Under the pieces are notes generated by a model, which did no database searches, was not told where the DNA came from, and saw only the letters and a list, made by a program, of their open reading frames with translations. From Pseudogymnoascus verrucosus (Eukaryota): 64,000 bases of DNA. Made by a program: the position numbers and the translations under genes. The stretch lies in the NCBI GenBank assembly GCA_001662655.1, contig KV460245.1, one strand, 5' to 3'. This document shows, piece by piece, positions 47,388-58,297 of this stretch (its first letter is position 1; every line of letters begins with the position of its first letter).

Positions 47388-50300
47388 ATGGAGAGTGCCT
47401 GGCTGGATTCTCTGTCGGAAGATTGGATTTCACAGCCAAACTCCGAACATTCTCCCGCAGGTTCCCTCCCATCACTTCCAGGAAGCACGCCGCCATCATC
47501 AAATTCCGTTCAAGAACGCCCCTTCGCAAGTCGCATACCAGTCCTGAAGTCATTGGGCCAATCCAGCCATGATTCAAGCGCCCTGCCTTTGAGTGAGCGA
47601 AGTCCGAATTCTTATAACGTCCCCATACCACATACCTCGAAACAGAGTTCGAAATTGCGAAACGAAATTTCAGGCGCTGGGCAAGAAAGACGGGTTTCGA
47701 GGACCCTGTCGGTATCATCTTCCCAATCTGTTCAGCATCATACGGTGAAGCATAGATCACTAAGCTCATCACCACAAAAATCGCGAAATACCCCGGAATG
47801 GAAGAAGAGACTCCTGCATGGGGACGTTGCCTACGGAGACCAGCGTGATTTGTTTAGTCCAGTCGGCCTGGAGAACATATTCAAGCCACCGCCACCAACA
47901 AGACAATCTTCAGCCAAATCATTATTGGAGCTGCAATCTAAGTCGGAGGATGTGACAATGCGATCAAGCCCTCCTCCATACAAACCTAAAGTGGTGCCAC
48001 AACCTTCAGAACGGCAAGGTCCCAAGCCCATAAGTTACAAATTAGCAGATACCGGCAGCGACCAATTCTCAGAATGCGACCTGAGCCAAAGCAGCAGCTT
48101 TCGACCGCGGAATACTGTCAGCCGGAAAGCGTCGAGTCGAAATCCCTTGGTCCACGACGTTGCGCTGGAGGAAGCTGTCGTTGAGGAAGAATCAGAGGCA
48201 GAGAATGACGAAATTGAGGATTTGGAGCTTTCGAAGGGAATGGACAGCGATTCCCACCTCCAAGTTACCCCTCAGAAACAGGATATCGATATTTTGAGCA
48301 AACGGCAACCGAAATCTCCGCTCAAGGATCCCACGCCTAAACGAAGGCGAACATTACACGACTCTGATATTGACAATCTGTCTATTGACAATGTCGTCTA
48401 CAATTCGGTCCTCGAAAGCCATCAGAATATCCAGTCAATCATTGGCAAGAAGAGGAAGGATGCCAGGCATGGCAACGATAACGAATCCGCAAACCCTGAA
48501 GTCATGGCTACGCGCCAGGTCCTCCAGCCTCGTACGCTATCTGTGAGCCAGCGGCGCAATTCCAGTTCCGAGATTGATCTCAACACTGTTTCAAGACCAC
48601 CGCCATGGAGCCAAAAGGAATTAACGGAACAACAGCAAAAGATTGCAAGAGTTCAGGCAGAACTAGACATGACGCGCCCAACAGGCCCTTTTGTTGGGAT
48701 TAACCATCACATGTCGAATGACAACCGCAAGCCATCCGTGACTACCCAGGACTTCTTAGATGAAGCCAAGAAGATCATGGCAGGAATTCGAGGAAAATCT
48801 CGGCCTCAAAGCGGATTGAATAGCCTCGAGGAGTCGGAATCGGAAATATCCAGTTTGAACGAGGCATCCGAAAACCCCGATCACGAGGACTCTTACCAGG
48901 AGTCTACAACAGAGCCATTTTCAAGGCCGCCGAGTCGCGAAGGTGGTGCGCCTGTACCTCGGCAAGCAAAGGAACAAAGTGATCCAGAACTTCTGAGCCA
49001 CTTGAAGAAGTATGAAGAGTGGAGCGATTTTGATGCATTGGTTGCCTCGTCCATCCCATCAACCGTCCCCGTCAAAACCAACGAAGACGGGGCAGTTAAA
49101 CAGGATAACAATGGAGACGGAGTCGCTGCAAAGGCTACCGGTTGGACTTTGAACCATGACATGCCTTACGAAAGCGACCCACCCAATATCCAAATCACAG
49201 AATATCCCGAACTTCAGCGAAAGCGAAAGCATTCTACATCGTCTTTACCAGTTGGAGGTGATGACGGAGCTGTCCACTCACATGGATCGAATCCATCCTC
49301 AGGGCACTCAACCAACCGGTCTATTCATACCGGATCCTCCAGAAACTCGGATTCTCGGCGGATAATAGCACCCCATACCGTTTCCCACCTCATCCCAGAG
49401 CAGCTTGCTGGAATGGTATTCGACCGTGAAAAGGGCATATGGGTAAAGCGCAAAGCTACTGACCCAAAGATCCTGGGGAATGCGTTACCCTCAGATGACG
49501 ATGATCCCTTTGGAGATATCCCGGATCTTACTGTGGATGAGATACAGGAGATGCAGAGGATACGGGCTGTAACCGCAAAGCAACGCGAGGAATCCCGCCT
49601 TTCGATTGTCCAGGAGTACCAGGGCCAGTTTAATTTCTCTAAAGGCGAAGGGCTTGGCGCACATCACGTATTTGGGAGCGCTCCTACAACGAGTGCGACC
49701 AAAAACAGTGGATCCGAACCGTCACTTTCTGCGCCGCCTACATCAAGCGGTGGCATTCCTGACACGCAAGTAACGACTTGGGACGAGCAGCCAGAAGCTT
49801 CTACTAAATCTGATATCGAGGCCATTGCCGACACAGACCCGATAGGTGCTACTCGCGAAAAGACCCTGAAAGAAGTCATTGAAGAAGATGCTGAGGAGGA
49901 AATTTCAATCAATGAGAGCAGGTCACAAGTATGGAATGATGTCAAGCCTCGACGCAGTGTAACCATTTCATTCTCATCGCCATTTCCGTCTATGTTGCAA
50001 GATAACTCAATTGAGCACCCAGCGTCTCGTATCTTCGATCACTATCATGAAGAGGAGCAAGATGTGAGTATCAATGGGCGAGCCGAAGCTTCGAAGTTTC
50101 AGCAACGGGAATCCACAACTCAACTTCGGTCGTCCCAGCGCAGTGCGCCTCGTTGCTCTTCCTTTGGCGCGCAGAATTTCACCAGGCGTCCCGTGTCCCG
50201 CATAGACGAACGCGACGAAGATTCGTTTGCGGAATATATGGAAAATGGAGGTGCCCGGAGGAATCTCAGCATTGCTGTCACGACCCCGATGCCACTGAGA

Positions 50301-52091
50301 AACACTTCTCGTCAAATTTCGACCGTTCAGCAGACTCCCGATATTGGAATTGGCCATGGCTCTCTTTATCAGCTAAGCCCGCTATCTGATTTCACTATGA
50401 ACCATGCCGAAGAGTCTTTTGCGTTCGAAGTCAGCTATGTAGCGCCAGTGACCCGTCATCAGCCCGGCTCAAAGAGATCGCTATCGATGACCGTTAAAGA
50501 GCTCGTTCAGCGTATAACTGATGTGGAGCCTTACGAGCCTTACTGGCCGCATATCAGGCAAATCGATCTGAAGAAGAAGAAAATACACAGCTTGCACATG
50601 TTGAGCAAATTCTGTGGTCAACTCGAAGAGCTCGACGTGTCTGATAACGAGATTTCGCAGCTCGATGGGACCCCGGAAACCATCAGGAACTTGCGCATTA
50701 CACACAACTCCCTGTCTGACCTGACCTCATGGCAACACTTGAAGAATCTCCAGTATTTGGATATCTCGAACAATGACCTTGCTACGTTGGAAGGACTAAA
50801 AGATCTAGTTCATCTGCGCGCTATCCGAGCTGACAACAACAAAATTGAGTCGGTAAACGGTATTTTCGGTCTTGATGGTCTCATTAGCCTCCGCCTGAGG
50901 AACAATGTAGTTCACGCCGCAGACTTCACTGGTTGCAACCTCCCTCGATTAATGGACCTTGACCTCAAAGGAAATAAGCTAAAGGCCATTGCTGGCCTCG
51001 AGGACTTGCGATCACTCGCGACTCTCCACCTGGAAGACAACTGCCTGGAGACTTTCAATGAGGGCTCCAACCATACTTATCATGGATTGAAGTATCTCAA
51101 GCTCAGCGGAAACAATCTCCAGCAGATTGACGTTAGTCACTATCCGAATATCCGCCTACTGTACCTCGACCGCAACCGCCTTGGGAAAGTCACTGGTCTT
51201 CTGAAGGCAAAACACATCGATAGCCTCTCGATGCGCGAGCAGCGCGAATCGGTAATTGACATGTCCTTCCTGGACCAATGTTTCGAAGTCAGGAAACTCT
51301 TCTTGTCGGGCAATCTCCTGCCCAACTTCGCGCCTCGTGTCGATTTCCTCAACCTGCAGTACCTAGAGCTCGCAAACTGCGGCCTAGAATCACTTCCCGC
51401 CGAGTTCGGGCAGATGATGTGCAATGTACGAGTGCTCAACTTGAACTTCAACGCGCTGCACGACCTCAAACCCCTTCTGGGCATAGTGCGTCTCAAGCGT
51501 CTTCATATCTCTGGGAACCGCCTCACTCGACTACGGAAGACTACTGGTGTCCTCAGCCAGTTCTCGAGCTTGTCAAATGTGGACATCAGGAATAACCCTG
51601 TGACGCTGGGCTTCTATCCTCCTGTCACGGAGACGAGAGTTGCTCTTCTTCAGCGCGCAGAGGAAGACGCCGAGGTGGCCGTCGAGGACCCATTTACTTT
51701 GCTTGATGCGGATGAGACAAAGGACAAGGCTTATGCTGGGCGGTTGGATATGGAGACTAGGATGAGGAGGAGGGTCTATGAGATGTTGATGGTGGGTGGG
51801 TGTCAGAGACTGAAGATGCTGGATGGGTTGCCAGCCAATACGGAGATCGCGAACGTTAAGGATGTTGTTTGGGATGAGCTAGTCAAGATTGGGCTTGTTC
51901 AAAATACTGTGGGGCAAATCGAAGCTCCGGCAGCTGAGATGGCGCCGCAAACTCAGGATGAGGAGCTGAAAGGTGGGGATGTGGATCCCGTGCAGGATGA
52001 AGTGGTGGAGAAGAAAGAGGAGCAGGTGCTGGAAGCGAAGAAGGAGGAGGAGCGGGAGAGCCAGTGGCCGGCTGAGGATAGTTTTGCTTGA
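47388..52091 (+). CDS. cdc11: SIN/MEN spindle-pole-body scaffold with C-terminal leucine-rich repeats (Cdc11/Nud1/SepK-like)
   Basis: 1567-aa ORF with WLDSLSEDW, TPEWKKRLLHG..DLFSPVGLENIF, DPFGDIPDL and many LRRs (LEELDVSDNEI, LQYLDISNNDL, VLNLNFNAL). Confidence 0.85.
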   Translation: MESAWLDSLSEDWISQPNSEHSPAGSLPSLPGSTPPSSNSVQERPFASRIPVLKSLGQSSHDSSALPLSERSPNSYNVPIPHTSKQSSKLRNEISGAGQERRVSRTLSVSSSQSVQHHTVKHRSLSSSPQKSRNTPEWKKRLLHGDVAYGDQRDLFSPVGLENIFKPPPPTRQSSAKSLLELQSKSEDVTMRSSPPPYKPKVVPQPSERQGPKPISYKLADTGSDQFSECDLSQSSSFRPRNTVSRKASSRNPLVHDVALEEAVVEEESEAENDEIEDLELSKGMDSDSHLQVTPQKQDIDILSKRQPKSPLKDPTPKRRRTLHDSDIDNLSIDNVVYNSVLESHQNIQSIIGKKRKDARHGNDNESANPEVMATRQVLQPRTLSVSQRRNSSSEIDLNTVSRPPPWSQKELTEQQQKIARVQAELDMTRPTGPFVGINHHMSNDNRKPSVTTQDFLDEAKKIMAGIRGKSRPQSGLNSLEESESEISSLNEASENPDHEDSYQESTTEPFSRPPSREGGAPVPRQAKEQSDPELLSHLKKYEEWSDFDALVASSIPSTVPVKTNEDGAVKQDNNGDGVAAKATGWTLNHDMPYESDPPNIQITEYPELQRKRKHSTSSLPVGGDDGAVHSHGSNPSSGHSTNRSIHTGSSRNSDSRRIIAPHTVSHLIPEQLAGMVFDREKGIWVKRKATDPKILGNALPSDDDDPFGDIPDLTVDEIQEMQRIRAVTAKQREESRLSIVQEYQGQFNFSKGEGLGAHHVFGSAPTTSATKNSGSEPSLSAPPTSSGGIPDTQVTTWDEQPEASTKSDIEAIADTDPIGATREKTLKEVIEEDAEEEISINESRSQVWNDVKPRRSVTISFSSPFPSMLQDNSIEHPASRIFDHYHEEEQDVSINGRAEASKFQQRESTTQLRSSQRSAPRCSSFGAQNFTRRPVSRIDERDEDSFAEYMENGGARRNLSIAVTTPMPLRNTSRQISTVQQTPDIGIGHGSLYQLSPLSDFTMNHAEESFAFEVSYVAPVTRHQPGSKRSLSMTVKELVQRITDVEPYEPYWPHIRQIDLKKKKIHSLHMLSKFCGQLEELDVSDNEISQLDGTPETIRNLRITHNSLSDLTSWQHLKNLQYLDISNNDLATLEGLKDLVHLRAIRADNNKIESVNGIFGLDGLISLRLRNNVVHAADFTGCNLPRLMDLDLKGNKLKAIAGLEDLRSLATLHLEDNCLETFNEGSNHTYHGLKYLKLSGNNLQQIDVSHYPNIRLLYLDRNRLGKVTGLLKAKHIDSLSMREQRESVIDMSFLDQCFEVRKLFLSGNLLPNFAPRVDFLNLQYLELANCGLESLPAEFGQMMCNVRVLNLNFNALHDLKPLLGIVRLKRLHISGNRLTRLRKTTGVLSQFSSLSNVDIRNNPVTLGFYPPVTETRVALLQRAEEDAEVAVEDPFTLLDADETKDKAYAGRLDMETRMRRRVYEMLMVGGCQRLKMLDGLPANTEIANVKDVVWDELVKIGLVQNTVGQIEAPAAEMAPQTQDEELKGGDVDPVQDEVVEKKEEQVLEAKKEEERESQWPAEDSFA

Positions 52092-52946
52092 GCGCTTTTA
52101 CGAGACGATGTTTAATGACTTGGTTGTACAATACCATGAGGGCGGCATTGGGAGGAGTTTTGTTGGAACTTGGCTGTTTTACTTTTGTATAAACAGGGGC
52201 GTCTTCTTGATTGTCGTTTTTTAGGTAGAGAAGCTGGCTATGGAGGTTTATTGATGTTGATTGCCAAATCGGATGCTCATGAAATTGCAGAGTTCCATCC
52301 AGTGTCCGTTATTACGTTTCTCAGCCCTATATTGAGAGGGTCGAGAGGTGGCCAGTGACAGCCATGCGGTGCCGCCGCGTGGTTTCATTTCCACGATGTC
52401 GCATCCTTCCCGTGTCTGGATATTGCGGTGCTAGCTAGCGTGTGGTCAAGGATGCTTGTTCTCGTAGTGCCGCGTTTTAGTTCCCTGCGGCGATCTCCTC
52501 GTCGTCCGCGGTTCAAAATATCACAATCAACAAAACTATAAAGTCGTATAAATTCAAAATTTATTCATGGACCCTCACAAACTGTATCTGCCGTTGTTTA
52601 TGTATTACCCAAAACAAGCCCCCGCATGCGTATCTGATACATCCGCTGCCGCCAAGCAAACGCCGCACGCGGATACGATCGTTGTACCTGCAAGTACCTT
52701 CCAATAATAAGTCGGTTGGCATGCACCTTCCCGCTACACCACGTCGTCGGCCCAACATTGCTCGCATTGACCGCGGTGGCTTATTATTGAATTTATTTCC
52801 ATCCCCTCCCCTTCCCCCGCGCCGAATGCAAATTGCCAAGACGTAATTAACCTCCAACAAACACCCACAGCCTCACAGGATCCCGGGCCCATTGCCGCCT
52901 GTTCCCTCTCTCGCCCCCCTCCCTCTCCCCTCTCTCTTCTATCACC

Positions 52947-53948
52947 ATGAACTCCGCCTCCTCTTCCTCCTCCATAACAGAGGCGTCGCGCGCCAGGATG
53001 CGCCCTATTCCTGTTCACCCGTCGCGGCTGCTGCCACATCAACAGATGCATCGCGAGGGCCCTGTGCCAAGGGCGCCGGGGGAGCGAGAGCCGGACTTCT
53101 ATGAGCGCATGACGCCGCGGAATCAGCGACTGACGCAGCTTTATGTGTTTTCAGCCGTCGCGTCGGGTCTGGGGTTGTATTTGTTGGTGTGGAGTTTGGG
53201 GTTGATCAAGTCGGAGAAGCTGTTTAGTGAGGCGGCGAAGACACACTTGTTGGCGCCGTATGGGTGGGCGGGTTATGGGTTGGTTGTTGCTGCTGTAAGG
53301 ATTTCACTGGGGGAACGGGATTGATTATTGAGGTACTGACTGACGGATCTAGTTTGTGGCTGCGGTATTATTGAGCTTCGCCAACATTATCCGCATCGTC
53401 TCTGTCGAATCGCCACTGCCGGAAATCTTTGCTGCAGCTGCCACTGGCGCCATCTCTACACTCCTCGTCGTCTTCGGCATCATTAGCTACTCCACCACCG
53501 TCAACGCAGGCGCCGAAGACGGCATCCCGTACGACGTCTGCACCGCCCCCGGCGCCGACCCCTGGAAGCGCCTCCCATGCAACGACGCAAGCAGGAAACG
53601 CTTCCTAGTCCAGTTGGGCGGGCTCATCTGTGCAGGAGCAGCTGCGTGAGTACCATTCCCATCCCAAATCCTCCTGCTTTCATCCACCTTGGTTGCACCT
53701 TTGGGGGTATCTGTCACTTCAAGCTTTTCTTACGTAAACTTTGACCGATTGCTAACGTGTAACCCTCCCACAGCTTCTTGTGTTTCTTGTTATTCGTGCT
53801 GCACGTGAGCGAGTTCCGGAATCAGAGGAGTCAGGGGGGACTCTATGCACGGACGAGGGGATATACGAGGCTTAGTCTCAACCCGTATGAGGTTCAAGAT
53901 GAGGATGAAGACGTGGGTGCTGCTGGACCGAGTGTCCATCTCAAGTGA
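52947..53948 (+). CDS. Hypothetical 4-TM membrane protein, 3 exons (52947-53294, 53353-53645, 53774-53948)
   Basis: Two GT-AG introns with CTGAC/CTAAC branch points join hydrophobic segments in frame up to TGA at 53946-53948. Confidence 0.65.
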
Positions 53949-54472
53949 AGGATTGCAAGGGGGATATAGAGATAGGAACTGATAACAGGGGGGGGGGGCA
54001 TGGTGACGGGTTACTGAGAAGGCCTGGTGAATAGTTGGGCCAGTAAGAAGGAGGCACGGCGATTGGGACAATCTTTGGACTGGAATATGACTTGCGTGGG
54101 ACATTTGGTTGGGAGGGTATTCATGTTTTGATCTGCATGGTTTTGGAGGCGTACGATGCACCCGAGGGGGGTGGTGTATATAGGAGTCTCGGCAGCGGTT
54201 GATGCCGGGAATAATGATACTTCACAATGGCATCTCACCCGGGTTTGTGATACTGGGTTCGATTTATCCCTTCCGATTTTACGCGTGGCTATGCGGTGTT
54301 GAGGTGCATGGAATGGGGTATAAATGGAGGGCAGTTGCTTTTATTTTCAAGACTAGGAGTAAACCAATGATCAATGGAATGTGGAGGGGCGGTGTGAAAT
54401 CACTTGGGGCGAAACTGCGATATATATCAGTGACTAGGCAACCGTTGATAGTGAAGGCCCAGAGAGGAGGAG

Positions 54473-54590
54473 GATGTTGCTGTCACGGAGCTGTTGCTGT
54501 CACGGAGCTGTTGCTGTCACGACGCTGCTGCTGTCAGGAAGCTGCTGCTGTCACGAAGCTGCTGCTGCCGCGAAGCTGCTGCTGTCGAAT
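54473..54590. repeat. 17-bp minisatellite, about 7 copies (GCTGTTGCTGTCACGGA)
   Basis: gctgttgctgtcacgga x2, then progressively diverged copies. Confidence 0.85.
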
Positions 54591-54649
54591 AGCTCTTTCG
54601 GGAAGGCATTACTTCCGAATGGCTCCTGCACATACTCCTGAACACATGA

Positions 54650-54830
54650 GCGTAGGATAAACGCAACGATCATCACGCTGCACGCAGTATGGAGATTTAG
54701 CCCCACAGCTCCAACATCGAACATCATCATAAGTATCTTCGATGAGCTGTTTAGACCATTAAATAAATTGGATATGGCAGATTTCCTCTCCCGTTGAGAG
54801 ACCTGCGTGAAGCAGATGAGAGATTGAGGA
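54650..54830 (-). pseudogene. Possible fragment of an SF2 (SNF2-like) helicase C-terminal domain
   Basis: Translation ERKSAISNLFNGLNSSSKILMMMFDVGAVGLNLHTACSVMIV resembles the HELICc motif V region (GxGLNLxxA..V). No full gene around it. Confidence 0.5.
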
Positions 54831-55349
54831 GATGATCCGAACCATTCCCAAGCATCTGGTTTAACCCCGCTACCCCCGGGACAACTTGCATAGTTACAAA
54901 GCAAAACAAAGGATTCAAGAGTTCAAAAAAGCGAAAGACTCATCAGATCGAAAGAGATCTGATGAGGAGAAAATCACTTGATTTTTCTTTTTGATGTTTG
55001 ATGTTTGTGATAAGTAATATTATTTATTTTTTGTCGTCGTCGTTGTCGGGAGTCGAATTGGTGACCTTTTCTATTCATTTCCAACGCTGGCCAGATTGTC
55101 CAGACAGTGGTACTTCCACTACGCCACTGTGCCGCTTGAAAGGAGAGGAGTTAAGTTGAGTTATAAGGGGGTGGTTCGCTTGGTGTTGGGTGATATTGGG
55201 TGGTTGGCCTGAGGAATGGGGATGATAAAGGGGATGGAGATTGTAAGCGGGAATGGACGTAGGCGGGAATGGGCGTTGGCGTGAATGGGAAGTGGATTGT
55301 TCATACGGTTATATTGCTACATAGATACGTCTTATAGTACCTTCTTTGT

Positions 55350-56171
55350 TCACAACTTCGACTTTCCCTTCGTCTCAGCCTCCCAAGCCCGGACTCTATC
55401 CTCCTTCCCTTGCGCAACCTTCTCCAACTTCTCCGCATCCGCCGCATCCTTCTTCACTCTCTCCTCATGCCCCTCCAAGTGCGCAATAACCTCCCGATAC
55501 ATCTCCTGCTTCAAAACACCATAAACCCCGCTCTTCGACCGCTGCGTCAGCTTCCTCTCCTCCACCAACGCAACAACCTCCTCCCATCCACCCAACTTAT
55601 CCACCATCTGCTGCTCCAGCGCCTCCTTCGCCGTGAACCTATGAGCCTCAAGAATCAAACTCCTGTACGACACAGGCGACAACTTGGCCTCGAAAATACC
55701 CAACATAGCCGGCTTAAGCGGCGCGCCGAAGTCCAGCTCGTTCAAGCAGAGGTATCCCCTCGAGGGGTTGAAAACGCGGTAATCGTGGTGCATAGCCAAC
55801 ATGAAGCCGCCAGCGAAGGCGTGGCCATTGAGCCAAGCCACGGTGGGCATAGGGTAGGCTGCCAGGCGGGCGAAGAGCTTGTACAACGTGACATAGTAGC
55901 CGGGGGTGCTCATGGCATGGTCGAGGTCCAAGCCATTGCTGTAGAATTTGGTGATGCCGGAGGTGGTGATGACGACGCCGTGGGGGTAGCGGGCTTCGAT
56001 GATGTCGAGGGCGAGGAGGAAGGCTTCGCAGAAGCTGGTGACGAGGCGGTTGTCGGGGGGGGAGGTGAAGGTGAGAAGGTAGGTTTTGGGGGCGGGCTCG
56101 GTGACGGTTACGGAGCCGTTGGAGGACTTGATGGGGATGCTGAAGAGCGTCTTTCCTGCTGGGGATGCCAT
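55350..56171 (-). CDS. Crotonase-fold enoyl-CoA delta-isomerase/hydratase, peroxisomal
   Basis: PPDNRL, KFYSNGLDL, PMPTVAWLNGHAFAGGFMLAMHHDYR and LCLNELDFG. Ends in the PTS1 signal SKL. Confidence 0.9.
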   Translation of the reverse strand: MASPAGKTLFSIPIKSSNGSVTVTEPAPKTYLLTFTSPPDNRLVTSFCEAFLLALDIIEARYPHGVVITTSGITKFYSNGLDLDHAMSTPGYYVTLYKLFARLAAYPMPTVAWLNGHAFAGGFMLAMHHDYRVFNPSRGYLCLNELDFGAPLKPAMLGIFEAKLSPVSYRSLILEAHRFTAKEALEQQMVDKLGGWEEVVALVEERKLTQRSKSGVYGVLKQEMYREVIAHLEGHEERVKKDAADAEKLEKVAQGKEDRVRAWEAETKGKSKL

Positions 56172-56686
56172 TGTGAATGCGGTGTAATGGAAGTAGAGGC
56201 TGGCTGTAGTGTATGGGGGATATTATAGGGATCTATGTTCTTGGATGTGTTTATATTTTAAAAAGGCGGCATGAAAGCCATCTATGGTCCCGGGGACGTG
56301 CCGAGGTCGACGTTAGAATGATTACTTATCGCCAGCTCCGAGCCAGTCAGCCTTGCAAGGTGCGGGATAACTTCAGTCTTTATTTCAATGTGACATCGCC
56401 CATTAAAGTTAAAAGCATATAGCATGTTAATATATATCCTCGTCTATCTTAACAATCGATAATAAACAAAAATTAAATATTAGCCTCCAAATCATGTCGC
56501 AGTGTGTTGCTCTTTATAGTTTTTCACATGCAAAGCCAAGTCCACTCAATGCTCAGCCTTCCCAAATGCCTAAGGCTGCTAGCGCAAGGCTACCAAACTG
56601 CCCCACAACGCTGACGACGTCAGGGATACAATCTGTCATCCCGCCTACCACAAGACGGAGCTCAAGAAAGCTTCAAAGCCGCAACA

Positions 56687-58125
56687 ATGACGGAAAAAGC
56701 GAAGACGGAACATATCGTCTTCTTCCACCCCGACCTGGGCATTGGCGGCGCCGAACGCCTCATCGTCGATGCGGCCGTCGGCCTCCAGAAACGCGGGCAT
56801 AAGGTGACCATTTTTACGAGCCACTGCGATCCCCAGCACTGCTTCGACGAAGCGCGCGATGGTAAATCTTCCCACGCCTATCCTCATAAATCCAGAAACT
56901 AACAATCACAGGCACTCTCGACGTCCGCGTCAGGGGAAATACCATAATACCCTCCACCATCCTCTCGCGCTTCGCCATCCTCTGCGCCATCCTGCGCCAA
57001 ATCCACCTCATCCTCCAAATCAGCCTCACCTCCGAACTCTCCGCCCTCAAGCCCACAGTCTTCTTCGCCGACCAGCTCTCCGCTGGACTTCCCCTCCTCC
57101 AGGCCCTCTACCCGAATGTCGGAACCTTATTCTACTGCCACTTCCCCGACCTGCTCCTCGCAAAGGGGAGGCAGAAGTGGTATAAAGCGCTCTACCGCCT
57201 CCCCTTCGACGCTTGGGAGGAATGGAGTATGTCCTTCGCCGCCTCTATCGCCGTAAACTCCGCGTTCACTAAATCGATCGTCACTGCGCAATGGCCCGCC
57301 CTCGCCGCCGCCCGCACGCTATCTATCATCTACCCCTGCGTCGACGTCTCGGACAAGCCTGTGGAGAATACAGACGACAACACCCTCACCTGGCAAGACA
57401 CAAACATCATCCTCTCCATCAACCGCTTCGAAGCAAAGAAGAACATCGATCTCGCCATCCGCGCCTTCGCCGGGCTCCCCAAACACGCTCGCTCGTCCGT
57501 CCGCCTCGTCCTGGCGGGCGGCTACGATCCGCGTGTCACTGAGAATGTCGTTTACCATCAGGACCTGCTCCTGCTGGCTGAGGGCCTCGGTCTCAAGACC
57601 GCTACGACGAAGAACCTCGTCACGGCGCTGCGGGTACCGGATGATGTCGAGGTGCTGTTTCTGCTTTCGGTGCCGGGGGGGCTGAAGGATGCGCTGCTCC
57701 GTAGTGCAAGGCTATTGGTGTATACGCCTGCCAATGAGCATTTCGGGATTGTACCCCTGGAGGCGATGTTAGTAGGGACTCCTGTGCTGGCGGCGAATAC
57801 GGGGGGGCCGCTGGAGACGGTGGTGGATGGAGTGACGGGGTGGTTGAGGGACCCGGAGGTGGTAGAGGACTGGACGAAGGTGATGGATTCGGTGTTGCAT
57901 AAGATGACTTCTAAGGAGCTGGAGAAGATGGGCCAGAAGGGGAGGGAGAGGGTTAGAGCCGAGTTTTCGGAGGAGAGTATGGCGGAGAGGTTAGAGGTGT
58001 TGATGGGCAAGATGGGGCCGCCGCCGAGGAGCGTGAGGGGTGCGGCTGTGGCTGTTGTTATTGTGTATTTTTCTGTGGTTCTCGGGCCTGTTGTTTCGGT
58101 GTTGAGTTTGTATAGTAGGAGGTAA
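56687..58125 (+). CDS. ALG2: Alpha-1,3/1,6-mannosyltransferase (GT4); one intron near 56862-56911
   Basis: [61 protein letters not shown] and [12 protein letters not shown]. Confidence 0.93.
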
Positions 58126-58297
58126 ATGTAGTACCATCTTTATTCACACTATCTTTGCGCGAGGTTAAAAATAATGCTCGCGTACCTAATATGCACCCTC
58201 CATGTGTCCCAGAAACTCCCGAAATAAGAACAAGAACCCAAGTCTCCACACCCACGCGCCCCAATTCCGTATATACACCGTAACCAAAGACCTCGCC

